Below are positions 1 through 14,352 of a DNA stretch of 64,000 nucleotides, in pieces. Made by a program: the position numbers and the translations under genes. Position 1 is the first letter of the stretch. Each line of letters opens with the position of its first letter. The DNA is taken from assembly GCF_006345805.1 (NCBI RefSeq), contig NC_043005.1, forward strand, positions 74,958,001-75,022,000, given 5' to 3'. Source of the DNA: Octopus sinensis (Eukaryota). Under the pieces are notes generated by a model, which had not been told where the DNA came from, ran no database searches, and saw nothing but the letters and a program-made list of their open reading frames with translations.

Positions 1-656
1 GTACTTAATTTATCGACCCCGAAAGGATGAAAGGCAACGTCGACCTCAGCGGAATTTGAACTGAGAACGTAACGGCAGATGAAATACCTATTTCTTTATT
101 GCCCACAAGAGGCTAAACATAGAGGGGACAAACAAGGACAGACAAAGGGATTAAGTCAATTACATCAACCCCTAGTGCGTAACTGGTACTTAGTTTATCG
201 ACCCCGAAAGGATGAAAGGTAAAGTCAACCTCGGCGGAATTTGAACTCAGAACGTAACGGCAGACGAAACACCGCTAAGCATTTCACCAGGCGTGCTAAC
301 GATTCTGCCAGTTCACCGCCGTAACAGACTTTCTAAAGATTCTAGTTTTGCTCATGCAAGCTAAATTTCTCTGTGATGTGATTTAATTTGAGTGTAAATA
401 TGTAAAAGCCAATCACATCCAGAATGCATATGATCCACCTCATTTATATGTAATTAGGCACAGGCATGGCTGTGTGATTAAGAGGTCGGTTTTTGAACTA
501 GTTTACAATCCCACAACTTAGTTTGATACAAAGGGACTGATAGAATAAACGATGGCAGGCTTTAAAAATATATTGTAAACTAGAGATCAATGACATTTGA
601 AGTACATAACCCACCTCATTTATATGTCTCCCTCTCTCTCTCTCTCTCACTCTCTC

Positions 657-712
<56 letters not shown>

Positions 713-949
713 AATAATAAAAGGGTAAAATTAATTAATTATTAATTATCAATTTTACCAAGTAGTGTTCAGTATGTAAAAAGACCATTTATGGTATATT
801 TAAAACATTACGTTATATAATTAGGGTTTAGTAAAATAATTTACTTTACCACACACCGAATTTTAGAAATAGCAGCCCAAAAATTTTAGCTATTTCTTCT
901 ACTATAAGAAAAGTCTCCTGGACAATGTATACTCAAAAATAATTCACGC

Positions 950-1014
<65 letters not shown>

Positions 1015-2271
1015 ATATATATATATATGTATGTGTATATATATATGTTATTAGCTAAGCTAAGATACCATGTGCATTACTCAAGATGTAATTATCTTTG
1101 CTTCAGCGACTGTATTCATGAGCATATATAAAGTGGATATGCAGGGCAGATACATTTTGAGATAATGTTTTATATTGCCTACACTGCTTGACTGTTTACT
1201 TATTTCATCAAACCAAAACAACTAAAAGCAGAACAATGCATTTGATCTCAAAATGTAAAGTCATGTAACCCGATATAGTAACACATTGGTTATGCTCTGT
1301 TGATTGTTTTTTTCAATTCACCATCTCTTAAAATATATCCTGTATCTCTTACCTTTTACTTGTTTCTGTCATTGGCCTGTTGCCTTGCTGGAGCAAATGC
1401 AAGGGATAAGTGGAACAAATTGACCCCAGTTTTTTTATGCTTTTATTCTTTGACTTGTCTCAAAGGTGGCAAGCTGGCAGAAATTTTAGCATGCCGGGCA
1501 AAATGCTTAGCAGTATTTCATCTGTCTTTACGTTCTGAGTTCAAATTCTGCTGAGGTTGACTTTGCTTTTCAAACTTTCGGGGTCGATTATTAAGTACCA
1601 TTTGTGTACTGGGGTCGATCTTTGTGTTTGACTGGTACCCTCTCCAAAGATTCTGGGCCTTGTGCCTAAAATAGAAAAGATTCTTTGACTTGTCTCAGTC
1701 ATTAGACTGTGGCCATGCTGGGGCACCACATTGAAAATGCTTTAGTTGAATGAATTGACCCCTTTACTTGCTTTTATTTTAATGCCTGGTACTTATTGTA
1801 TCGGTCTCTTTTACTGAATTGCTAAGTTACAGTGATGTGAACACACCAAAACTGGTTGTCAAGCAGTGGTGAAGAGACAGACACAAAGACACACACACCA
1901 GTTACACCATCTACAACCACAATGTTGTGTGTGTGTAATATTGTAATGTAGAATATATATATAAGAAATAGAAAACGAAACCATAATAAATTCAATTGCA
2001 ATTTAAATATTTTATACAAACAAATTACATCTCATAAATATATAAGTTGTGTGTATATAAAATAATATATATATAATAACAAATAAAAAATGGAAAAACA
2101 AATTTAGTGTTGTTATATCAACTTTATATGATATTAGAAATGTGGATTATTTATTCATTTAACAAAATGAGAACCTTAATATATATTAATTATATATAAA
2201 TATTATATATATTATATATATAATATTTAGTGTATCATGGATATTAATATTATTATATATATATATATATA

Positions 2272-2320
<49 letters not shown>

Positions 2321-3357
2321 GTTCAAAACGTAAAACATTTTGTCATTTTCCTGAGCGTCAAACTAATACACCTGCTTGTTGTTCATACACCTGTCTTCGT
2401 CTTTTATTTTTCTGTAAATTTCAACTATATATATATATATATATATACACACACATTCACCATGTGCATATTTTAATATCCTCATTGATTTTAATATGGA
2501 CAACGTAAAAAACACCCACTACACTCGCGGAATGGTTGGCGTTAGGAAGGGCATCCAGCCGTAGATACACTGCCAAATCTGACTGGGCCTGATGAAGCCT
2601 TCCGGCTTCACAGACCCCAGTTAAACCGTCCAACCCATGCTAGCATGGAAAACGGACGCTAAATGATGATGATGATGATGATGATGATACAACCTTGCAA
2701 GTACGTTTATGCATTTATATATTTTTATATTTTTATATTACATCATGCATATATGAGTACACTTATTATGCTGTGAAGTATTCCGATGCTTTGAAATATG
2801 TTGAGTAAATATGACCTTTGAAATTTGCTCTCTCTTTCTTGGCTTTATATATATATATATATATACACACACATACACATATACACACACAGAGGGATGA
2901 CACTACTGGGTGGACATCCAATAAGCTAAATGTAGACCCCATATGGTCTGACCACTAAGAAAAATTGTTCTCAAGAAAATTCTGCGCCTATATATATATA
3001 TCCCATAAATAATGTGGTGTTTTATACTTTTAATTTTCAAAATTAAGAAAAGCAAAGCTCTTTTTAAATTTAAAATATACTCTCCTTCATTTTGTACAAT
3101 GCTCTTCCATCTATATGATAGACTGCAGGGCTCCTCTTCCAAAATTTTCTCTTGTCCGTGACGAAATATACTCCTCCAGTACTGTTCTGATCTCGTCTAC
3201 AGATTCATATTTTTCTGTCCAAATGATTTTGAAGACTGTGAAAGGATAATCAGATGGGGTGTAACGGGCAGAAGTCTTGCTTCCATTGCATTCAAACTTC
3301 ACCATTCAACTGTAACAGTGTGTGTGTGTGAATATATACACACAAAGAGATCTATAT

Positions 3358-3770
3358 AGGCGCAGGAGTGGCTGTGTGGTAAGTAGCTTGCTAACCAACC
3401 ACATGGTTCCGGGTCCAGTCCCACTGTGTGGCATCTTGGGCAAGTGTCTTCTGCTATAGCCCCGGGCCGACCAATGCCTTGTGAGTGGATTTGGTAGACG
3501 GAAACTGAAAGAAGCCTGTCGTATATATGTATATATATATATGTGTGTGTGTATATGTTTGTGTGTCTGTGTTTGTCCCCCCTAGCATTGCTTGACAACC
3601 GATGCTGGTGTGTTTACGTCCCCGTCACCTAGCGGTTCGGCAACAAAGACTGATAGAATAAGTACTGGGCTTACAAAGAATTAGTCCCGGGGTCAATTTG
3701 CTCGACTAAAGGCGGTGCTCCAGTATGGCCGCAGTCAAATGACTGAAACAAGTAAAAGAGTAAAAGAGAG
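3358..3770 (+). mobile_element. tRNA-derived SINE family B with internal (TA/TG)n and (AGTAAAAG)n tail
   Basis: ggagtggctgtgtggtaag A box, ggttccgggttcagtccc B box; copies 16104-16527(-), 27893-28305(-), 31965-32350, 33240-33625(-), 40150-40530(-), 43770-44175, 50441-50844, 58830-59320(-). Confidence 0.9.
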
Positions 3771-4345
3771 TATAGAACATACATGCATATATGCATAACA
3801 GTTTAAATAGTAGCTGCTGTACAAATGCATATATGTATGCGTGCGCATACAATCATATATTTGTTTAACAGTTATGGTCAAAATTATATTTATACAAGCG
3901 ATTCTAAATTTTTGCATTGTGAATTTGAAACCTTCAGAATCTGGAAAAGCAAGTTAAATTCCTATTTCTTTATTGCCCACAAGGGGCTAAACACAGAGGG
4001 GACAAACAAGGAAAGACAAAGTGATTAAGTCGATTACATCGACCCCAGTGCGTAACTGGTACTTAATTTATCGACCCCGAAAGGATGAAAGGCAACGTCG
4101 ACCTCGGCGGAATTTGAACTGAGAACGTAACGGCAGATGAAATACCTATTTCGGCAGACGAAATACGGCTACGCATTTCGCCCGGCGTGCTAACGTTTCT
4201 GCCAAATTCCTTAACGCTTCTCGTTCTACTTGCCTTGCCATGAACGGTAACTAAGTAAAACTGTATGCATGAGTTCCCTCCCTTGATCTGTTTTTTTTTT
4301 AAAATCAATATATGATGAAGTTCTGTTTGAGAACAACGTTATAAC

Positions 4346-4397
4346 GAGTGCATCAATGAGATAAACTTAACACGTGTGTGTTTACATCTTTGCACGC
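4346..4397. promoter_or_regulatory. Candidate regulatory cluster: two MRE-consensus sites (TGCRCNC), GATA site and CACGTG/HRE core
   Basis: gagtgca 4346-4352 (rc TGCACTC), AGATAA 4359-4364, CACGTG 4371-4376, TGCACGC 4391-4397, in CpG-richer unique sequence upstream of SLC40A1. Confidence 0.25.
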
Positions 4398-7070
4398 TTA
4401 TTCGAAATTAATGTTGCTTGGGTGGTGTTGGCAATTCTATCAATAACTTATTCGTTTGTTTCTTGTTTTCGAAGCCGTGTGGAATAAGAGATCCGTTCGT
4501 TATTAAAAACAAGTAGTGTTTAGTGTTAGGAGGGGATCATCCGACTGTAAAAGAATAACATATTTGTCAAACTCCACTTTGATTTTCTCCACAAAACTTA
4601 ACCTCACTCGGGTTTTCCATAAAAACCTGCGTCCACCACGAGTGTGGTAAGTAGCTTGCTTACCAACCACATGGTTCCGGGTTCAGTATGGAAAAGTGTC
4701 TTGCTTTTGGTAAGATATGCAATATTTGTAAGATGAAGAACCATATTCAGTCTTGCTTCCTGTTTTCTAAGGAGACATTTGAGAAAGGGAATGAAGTTGA
4801 TACTGATGCAGGTAGTGACCAGGAATTGAGCCATGCCTTCTACATGGGGAGCAGTGATGGCAACTCATGAACCTCCCTTAAATTAAAAGATACTGAAATA
4901 CAGATACAAGCATGTCCGTCACTAAGGGGCTGCACTGGATAGCACTGTCCCCTCAACCATTCAGTATTATATCCTTAAATTTACAGTGATACACTTGTTT
5001 CAAAACTCCACTTTAGCATTATTACAAATTAGTGCCCCCAGGCATCAAAGTCTAGTGATGGGCCTGGATGTAAGAAGAAATTAGCAGCAACATAACCGTT
5101 ATTCTCAAAGAATAGTTTGATAAAACTAGGGTCTTTCAATGTGGAATCTTGCAATGCTTGCATCAAACAGTTTGATTGTTTGGGAAACAAACTGTTGGGG
5201 TAGTCTGAAACTGTATTTCAGGTAGAAAGAAGGAATGATATAGTTTCCTGAAGTGCAAGCAACAAAAAAGTCTCTTACCTTGACTTGGCAGATGTCCCTG
5301 AAAGGAATTCCTCAACCGTGACAAGAACTTGCTGTGTTATTCAGGGACAGTCTCTACCCAATATGCGTGTCAGCAGCCAGAATTCCTGAGGACCCTATAC
5401 TCATGTTGGTTCTTGGTGACTATCCATGCCAAAGAGAGGACGTTCAAATCACCTGTTTTTTTGTTTTTTTCACTTGACTTCTCTTTCCCAGTCACTTAGT
5501 TAGTGCAGCATCCACTAACCTCTCCTTACAATTTTGGCTTGTCACCCACTGTCTCACATTCCCATGATTTTTGCTGAATGTTATAAAAAGCAAGGTCTGA
5601 TTAGATGTGCTGAGACCCATTAGTATGTCCCCTCACTTCACACATGCAGTCTGACTATAATGAATTATTAAAAGATATAAAAGCTAAAATCAAATTGACA
5701 GTAAATAAAATTAAATCTGCATGTTATGAATCTCGACTGCTTTCTATACATATTTATTCCCCTAGTAGTGAAATTAGAGGAAATGCTAGAAACCACTTAA
5801 TGTAAAAGAGATGAAGTGAATAAGTGTCTCCATTGTGTGTGGTGTGCAAGTCTGATGGTGGTTTATGTATTTTTACAGATGACAAGATTAGAATAATTCT
5901 CAGTCTATGTTCTGACTTTTAATTGGCTCCAAATATTTGTTTCAAATTTTGGCACAAGACCAGCAGTTTTGAGGAAGTGGGTAACCACTACGCCATACGC
6001 CTGTGGGCATATGGCATAGTGGTTAAGAGCACAGACTGCTAACCCCAAGATTCCGAGTTCGATTCGAAGCAGTGACCTCAGCAACAATGACGACAACAAT
6101 AATAATAACATCGAAGAATACTTTAGGAATGAGAACCCAGGTTTGAAATTTCCCCAAGACACCTGATGAAGGCTGGAGGGTATATCAGCTGAAATGTTGT
6201 GTTAACAACAAACAAGATGAGGACAAATATCCCCATTGCTCAGCTGGTGCTTATTTTATCAACCCCAACAGGATGAAAGGCAAAGTTAATCTCGGTAGAT
6301 TTGAACTCAGAATGTAAAGATGGACAAAATGCCACTAAGCAGTTTTGCCCTGTATGCTGATGATTCTCCCAGTTCATTGCCTTATCGACTCCAAATATTG
6401 ATTTCAAATTTTTGCACAAGGCCAGCAATTTCAGGGAAGTTGATTATATTGGCCCCAGTGCTCATCGACCCCAAAAAGATGAGAAGCAAAGTTGACCTCA
6501 GCAGATTTGAACTCAGAATGTAAAGCTGGACATTCTTATGTCCGGCATTCTTATGAGTCTCCCAGGTCACCACCTTTATGATCTCACCAAAATATTTATG
6601 GCTCAAAATATTTTTGAGTCAGCATTACAGAAATTGGCATCTGTGAAATATTTGACAAAGATTACTACACTCTCGGAGTGGTTGGCGTTAGGAAGGGCAT
6701 CCAGCTGTAGAAACTCTGCCAGATCAAGATTGGAGCCTGGTGTAGCCATCTGGTTCGCCAGCCCTCAGTCAAAATCGTCCAACCCATGCTAGCATGGAAA
6801 GCGGACGTTAAACGATGATGATGATTGGTTTAGTCAGTGCCTACCCTTAAAAGATAATTTCTGATGAAGCTTAAGCAATAACAACAGTGAATACTTCTCT
6901 TTGGTTATTGCATTGGACACATCTACCATAGGGTATAAAAACAGTAAACACCATATTTCAATGTGCCTTCGAAAATGTATTAGTAAGTGTGGCTGGTATT
7001 ACAATCTCTCACAATAACATTTACATTGGTGGCTGTACTACTAATGATCTGAAATACAAAGGAAAAGTGC

Positions 7071-7414
7071 ATTATTTACATTATTTACATTCGACGGATA
7101 TTTGTCCTCATCTTGTTTGTTGTTAACACAACGTTTCAGCTGATATACCCTCCAGCCTTCTTCAGGTGTCTTGGAGAAATTTCGAACCTGGGTTCTCATT
7201 CCTAAGGTATTCTTTGATGTTATTATTATTATTATTATTGTTCAGGTCACTGCTTGGAATCGAACTCGGAATCTTGGGGTTAGTAGTTCGTACTCTTAAC
7301 CGCTATGCCATATGCCCGGGCATATGGCGTAGCAGTTAAGAGTGCGGACTACTAACCCCAAGATTCCGAGTTTGATTCCAAGCAGTGACCTGAACAACAA
7401 CAATGATAATGATG

Positions 7415-7450
<36 letters not shown>

Positions 7451-7621
7451 TAATAATAATAATAATAACAACAACATCAAAGAATACCTTAGGAATGAGA
7501 ACCCAGGTTCGAAATTTTCCCAAGGCACCTGAAGAAGGCTGGAGGGTATATCAGCCGAAACGTTGTGTTAACAACAAACAAGATGAGGACAAATATCCGT
7601 AATGTAAATAATGTACATAAT
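7071..7621. repeat. About 550-bp palindrome: head-to-head tRNA-like heads + (AAT)n + Penelope-like tail
   Basis: Centre cccggg 7315-7320; arms are reverse complements; single-arm relatives at 5985-6230 and 31465-31700. Confidence 0.9.
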
Positions 7622-7804
7622 TCCTCATCTCTTAAATATAGAAAAGAAAAGTAATTTTGTAAAAATTCACCTCCCTTGATATTGCTGTTAATGAAGAGAA
7701 GAGTGACTTATGAGATCTCCAAACATAGTATTCAACTGGACAATATGTTTGTGAAGAAGGTATTAGACTTAAAAATCTTAGAGAATTGAAAAGAATTTTT
7801 CTTC

Positions 7805-8790
7805 TGTCTATCTAGGCAGCATTTGTCTCATAGACAAGAACAGAGGAGAATGTGAGATTTAGGATTGGCAAGGACTGGTATGCTTTCGACAGTCTTTGAG
7901 CTGTCTGGAACTCCAAAGCTATCTCCCTCAAAACAAAACTACGCATCTTCAGTTCCAGTGTCAATGCTGTTCTTCTTTATGAGTCAGAAATTTGGAGGGT
8001 CATCAAAGCCATAAAGAGTAAGCTACAGATCTTTGTCAACTAATATCAGTGATACATGCTCATGACCTGGTGGCTGGACAAAATTTCAAACACAAGTCTG
8101 GGATAGAATGAACCAAACTTCCATCAATCAAGAGGTTCTTATTTCTTTATAGCCCACAAGGGGCTAAACATAGAGGGGACAAACAAGGACAGGCAGAGGG
8201 ATTAAATTGATTACAGTGACCCCAGTGCATAATTGGTACTTAATTTATCGACCCTAAAAGGATTGAAGGCAAAGTCGACCTTGGTGGAATTTGAACTCAG
8301 AACGCGATGGCAGACGAAATACCTATTTCTTTACTGTCCACAAGGGGCTAAACACAGAGGGGACAAACAAAGACTGACAAACGGATTAAGTCAATTACAT
8401 CGACCCCAGTACGTAACTGGCACTTAATTTATCAACCCTGAAAGGATGAAAGGCAAAGTCGACCTTGGTGGAATTTGAACTCAGACCGTAACAGCAGACG
8501 AAAAACCGCTAAGCATTTCGCTTGGCGTGCTGACATTTCTGCCAGCTTGCCACCTTAAATCAATCAAGAGATTCTGAAAAGGAAATGGGGCTGGATCAGT
8601 CACATTCTAAGCAGTATTGCAGGACAAATGTTAAACTGGCAACTCAAAGGACCCAAGAAAACCTGGAAAGAATGCATGGAGAATGAAATGAAAGCAATCA
8701 GTCTCACTTGGTCTGAAATCAAAGAGGTGGCCCAAGATCACATCCACTGGCATGAAATAGTTATGACCTAATATTCCTTATGAAGTAGTG
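7805..8790 (+). mobile_element. Degraded RTE-type LINE 3' fragment split by a SINE dimer
   Basis: YLGS, KTKLRIFSS, VLLYESEIW, EILKRKWGWI remnants; SINE 8135-8558 flanked by 12-bp TSD ATCAATCAAGAG (8123-8134, 8559-8570). Confidence 0.75.
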
Positions 8791-10120
8791 TGGACTAACT
8801 TTTCTCCTGTGAAACAAAATGTTACTAATCTGTGGCTCAACACTGAAAAATAATGACCTTTCAACTTAGAAAACAAATGAAAACAACACATACATGATAA
8901 AACAAAATGATTAAAAGGAAAAAAAAGAAAAATTAAAAGTACAAAAGATTACATTATCAAAAAAATCTCTCACTTTAGAAAATACAGGTGGGTGAAATCA
9001 GAGATCAACCAGCGAAACAGCAATCCCAGAATTACTTCAACAACAAGGGTTAATTCATTCTAGCATATTCTGAGAAAGTGGATTTTCAGAGGTATGAAAA
9101 AATAGCCCTTTATGTTTTTATGGCGGAAGAAACACACTAATCCATTTGAAACATTAAAGAGACATTTGGCTGAACCCCTGTGGCACAGATGTTTGATACA
9201 ACAAAAAAAGCTATGGTTATTACAGCTGCTAGTCAATATTCATGGAGGCACAATGGCCCAGTGGTTAGGGCAATGGACTCGCTGTTGGAGGATCGTAGTT
9301 TCAATTCCCAGACCGGGCATTGTGTGTGTCTATTGAGCGAAAACACCTAAAACTCCACGAGGCTCCTTCAGCTGAATACTCGTCATTGATTGGTTGAAAT
9401 TACCGAAATTTGACAACTCTAACCCTTTTGTTACTAACCCGGCCAAAACCGGCTCTGGCTCTGTGGTAAAATGTCTTGTTTTCAGAAGTTTTGAATTAAA
9501 ATATTCCACCAAGCCTTAGTCACAATTTACATTCCTAACACTAGCTTAATGATAACTAAGTTATTTTACTAAATTCTTTGTTATATTCAAAATAATTGAA
9601 AGAAACACAGAGCATCTCAAAATAAATACAGTAACGAAAGGGTTAACAAAAAATAACTTCCAAAATACAGAATTTTCTCAGCAACGCCAAGAGTAAAAGA
9701 TGTTTTATGTAACACGTTCTACAAGTATACGAAGTTTGAAAGCATTTAGTTACAAAAAAATAATTTTTAAATCTGTCAGTCAAAAAGTAAAGATCCAATA
9801 ATAAATTCAATAGGAAATGAGCTTCTGTTGTAATGAAATTAAATTTTTGAGTGGTGAAATATGTCAAAGCTGGTATACAAATATGTATTGTTACTAACAA
9901 CCTATGAAGTTACTTTATGTGGACTTCTCTGATCCTAGTGCCATCGCCAGATGGTGAATTGGTGACTTCAGTCACATCTCAGCCTCAGTACAAGTCAAAA
10001 GATTAGTTTCTGTGTAGATAAGTAATTAGTAAGTTAGAGATAAAGCACTCTTTAACTATGATCTGAATAAATGAACTTCATTGTCATATTATCTAGCTAT
10101 GTTTACATTCCAAGTACGTG

Positions 10121-10196
<76 letters not shown>

Positions 10197-10253
10197 AATA
10201 AATATATATATATATAAATTTTCACAAGTAGACAAACGTAGGTAAGCACTCAT

Positions 10254-10333
<80 letters not shown>

Positions 10334-10517
10334 GTATTTATTATGACTATGTATACATGCTAACACACACATACACAGAAACATGTGTGTACGCATGTAT
10401 CTATATATGTATATACATATATCTAAATAAATAAATGTATGTATATCTAAATAAATAAAGTACCGCTTGCAAAAAATAAAAAAAAATTCTGAAGTATTTT
10501 TCCTTTCAGACAAAAAA

Positions 10518-10575
<58 letters not shown>

Positions 10576-10723
10576 GTGCCTTAACTTACCACACTGGTTT
10601 ATATATATATCAAAGGATAAACAAAAATAACAATAACAACAACAACAACAAAAAAACAATACTTTCTCACGATATCAGTTTTTTGTTTAGTGGTTTGGTC
10701 ACTTACAAGCATAACATATCATC

Positions 10724-10853
10724 ATGGCTGAAGACAAATCTTCTAAAGATGATAAAAGTGATGTACCTACTGCAGCACCGTCATCAGAAACTCTGTCTGA
10801 GTCAGTTGCATCCACGGCAAACATCATACCTGTAATTAAAGTACCTTGGCATA
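10724..10853 (+). CDS. SLC40A1: Ferroportin coding exon 1 (MAEDKSSKDD...PVIKVPWH, phase 1 end); exon begins at acceptor 10691
   Basis: ttttgtttAG acceptor at 10689-10690; in-frame TAA at 10712 before ATG; atcATGG Kozak context; A|GTAAGT donor at 10854; the phase 1 end joins exon 2 in frame. Confidence 0.75.
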
Positions 10854-10904
10854 GTAAGTCAATAACTTCTCAAAGAAATCTCAGTTAATACAACAATTGA
10901 AAGA

Positions 10905-10937
<33 letters not shown>

Positions 10938-10988
10938 TGTGTAAATGTATATGTTTGTGTGTATATATATATATATATATAATATATA

Positions 10989-11019
<31 letters not shown>

Positions 11020-11380
11020 ATATATTTAACGATTATTTATATCATTATTTATATATTTAATGATTATATATATATATATATTTAATGATTATTTTTCTCT
11101 GACATATATAATATATATTTTTGAATTTTGGAAACTGTTTCACTTGGTTTAGTCTTGTCTGTATATGTAGGCGTCGGAATGGCTGTCTGGTTAGGAAGTT
11201 TGCTTCCTAGCTATATGGCTTCGGGTTCAGTCCCACCGCATGGCACTTTGGGCAATTGTCTTCTGCTATATCCTCGGGCCGACCGAAGCTTTGTGATTGA
11301 ATTTGGTAGGCGGAAGTTACTGCCATGTATGTATATGTGTGCGTAGGTGCTTGTGCCTCTCCGAGAGAGAGACAGAGGGA

Positions 11381-11416
<36 letters not shown>

Positions 11417-13629
11417 ATAATAATAATTTTTATAAGCTTAAAGCTTATAAAATATTATTAATATTATTATTACAGAATTATTCGGTGCTTGTGGCCAATA
11501 AAAGAAAGTATTATTTACAGAATTGTAAAAATCAAACCTGCTTACCAAAAACCATCACATATATATATATATATATGTATTCTGATTACCATTTTGAAGT
11601 TCCCATGGTGAGTGACCGGTGGATAGCTGCATGTTCAAACCACTTTCTATATTGAGTAATTTTTTCATCTGATTTGTATATACACATATACATATGTGAG
11701 TGTGTGCGCATGAATCTATATATATCAGTGTCTAAAATAGTGTCTATGTGTCTGTGTGTGTTTGTGTACATATTAAAATTTAGTTTAGTAAATAGACTCA
11801 CAAAAATCATAGTGTCGAAAATTTGATCATCTCCAACAATTTACCATCTTGATGCTAACAATTTCTTTTCAGGGTTCTTTTATCATAACATCCTTTTGTT
11901 TTTCTATCAACGCCCAAGTGATTGTTATTTTAATGATTCAAGAGAGATTAGTTAAATTAGCTGTTAAAACTTTCAGCACAAGGCTGCTGTCTTTTTATAC
12001 ACTCAGCAAAGCTTTCAAACAGCAAATGTCAAGGACGGAACTAAATGTTGAATGATGTGTTTGTAGTTGTACTGTCCATAGCTATCCGGGCTCTGAGTAT
12101 GCTGTTTTCTGTAACCCCACCGTCCTTCTCATCTGAGAAAAAATAAATGATATAGATATGTAATGAGGAATTTTAGTTCTGAAATAGGTTTTGAACATGT
12201 ATTTATGTAACTTGCTTCATAAGGCTGGGGTCATTCCAGGTTATAGGTCCCAGAAATATCACTATGTGTAGAGCTGACCAGGCCCGCCAGTACTCTCTAT
12301 TGCTTGTGGGCCCCGTGCCAGCCCCTCTGCATTCTCCAAAGTGTCATTGAGCTTCTTGAGATCTTCCCCAATATATCTGTATATTGTTATTGGAAACATA
12401 TATCTGTATCTATATAGTAAATATGTGTGAGTGTATCTGTGTTGTAACCATTCCAGTCAATTTGGTGTTGCTGTTTTATGTCTCTTCTTTCCATGACTCA
12501 GTTTGTTGTGTGACCTCCAGTGACATTATTCTAGAGTTATTTTTACAAGCTGGGAGAAACATTTATAAATTTCCCAGCCTTGATGCAGTACCAGACAGTG
12601 GCTCTCATGGCTTCTGATCTTAACTGATTGGAAGTGTTATCATGTACATTGTTTTGTGAGCTGGCAGAAACGTTAGCACGCCGGGCGAAATGCGTAGCCG
12701 TATTTCGTCTGTTGTTACGTTCTGAATTCAAATTCCTCCGAGGTCGACGTTGCCTTTCATCCTTTCGGGGTCGATTAAATAAGTACCAGTTACGCACTGG
12801 GGTCGATATAATCGACTTAATCTGTTTGTCTGTCTTTGTTTGTCCTCTCTGTGTTTAGCCCCTTGTGGGCAATAAAGAAATAGGTATTAAAGATGGGCTA
12901 CAGCAAATATTCTGCTCAATACCACAGATTTGCTTGTCAGTTGTTTGACCTTAACCATTTGACCATGTCCCTTAATGGCCGACGATATGTGCAGAAGTAG
13001 TGGGGAAGCATCATAGCCATGTGTTAAAAGGAATTCTTGGAGGTTTGGATAATTCACCTTTGGAAATATGGGTGGTTTGTTCAAAGTCCTTAAACAATCC
13101 TTATTCAGGGACCTTTTGAGCAGGATGGGCTACTCAACCAGAAGAAAATTCTAACTGGGCCCCACCTACAAGGTCATGTGCTGTTTATCTTGATATGAGA
13201 TCACCATGTCATGCACATATGGTTGTGATGCATGTGCCTGGTGTACCCTTATCAGACGGGTATTTGTGATGGGTATACTGGGCTTCGTATATTTTACCCC
13301 AGTGTCACTTTGATGGTATGCACTGCTCTCTCACTCAATAATAATGATGATGATGATGATAAAGGCTTTACTTGTAAAAACAGAGACTTAATATCTCTGA
13401 GTGAAAGGAAGAAAGTGAGAGGGGAAGGATTGTTTACTGCTCCTACTGGTTTGTGATAACCGACTTAAAGATCAATGTATCAAAATTATTTTTTGTCGTT
13501 TTTTGTAGCTTTATGTGTTTTATTTATTTGTATTAATTTATTTCTTTGCTTTATAAAGAAATGAATAGATAAGAAATTTTTTGTGGAAGGTAGGAGTTTG
13601 ACTACTTGATTTCACTTCTGACATTACAC

Positions 13630-13727
<98 letters not shown>

Positions 13728-14352
13728 CATGCCTATATGGCTGATACAGTCATTCATTTTTCCTCAATCTCTGTCATTTACATGTAGTCTTGATTCTTTA
13801 TGGTAAACTTGCACTATCTTCAAGAACAGAAGCCCCAGAAACAGACATGTCTCTGGCACTCTCCTCACACACTGCTGAATGATTTCCATCCGCCTCAATA
13901 CATTTTACATTTTGAAACACAGAAAATTCATAAGAGATATTATCTTTGAATGAAAACCTCAGTAAATTTGCTTTTCATTGTATATTTACATTAAGTATGA
14001 TACACAGATGATTATTTTAATCTAATACTGTGTCTGTTGCATACAACAAATATTTATTCAACCAGGCAACAATTTACAATACCAGTGAATGTGTATTCAC
14101 TGTTTTCTCACATATCAGTGGTGACAAATTTCATCTAAGCATGTGGGGCTTGGTGTGTGTACATACTACGGACAATGCCCAACAGGGCAGAAATACTCAG
14201 GTGTTTTCTCTTCCTGTTGCTGGGACAGTTTCTGTCTCCCTCCAATATACATTGTTTTTAAACATAACATGTCTGTAAGAGATGTTATCTCCAGACAAAT
14301 ACTAATTTAAATTTGCTGTTCAACAATCTAGTTATAGCCATCCTTTTAATTA

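Noticed and set aside
2590-2612. CTGATGA followed by an agcc/ggct hairpin as a hammerhead
   Set aside because: No GAAA after the stem; it is a variant of the LINE 3' UTR repeat
6003-6080. tRNA-Ser-like gene (also 7318-7392 and the SINE heads)
   Set aside because: A/B boxes are present but acceptor and anticodon stems do not pair properly, and each continues into a repeat body
1-10723. Iron-responsive element (C-N5-CAGUGH stem-loop) in the ferroportin 5' region
   Set aside because: The CAGTG sites I checked by eye (e.g. 3317, 4984, 6836, 7964, 8046) lack the 5-bp upper stem with bulged C; a covariance-model search would be needed to exclude variants
10089-10835. YIYI/HTHT/CVCV ORFs here and at 42108-42453, 58960-59291, 60494-61025, 61762-62077
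   Set aside because: Microsatellite translations; only the end of the 10467 ORF overlaps a real exon, in another frame
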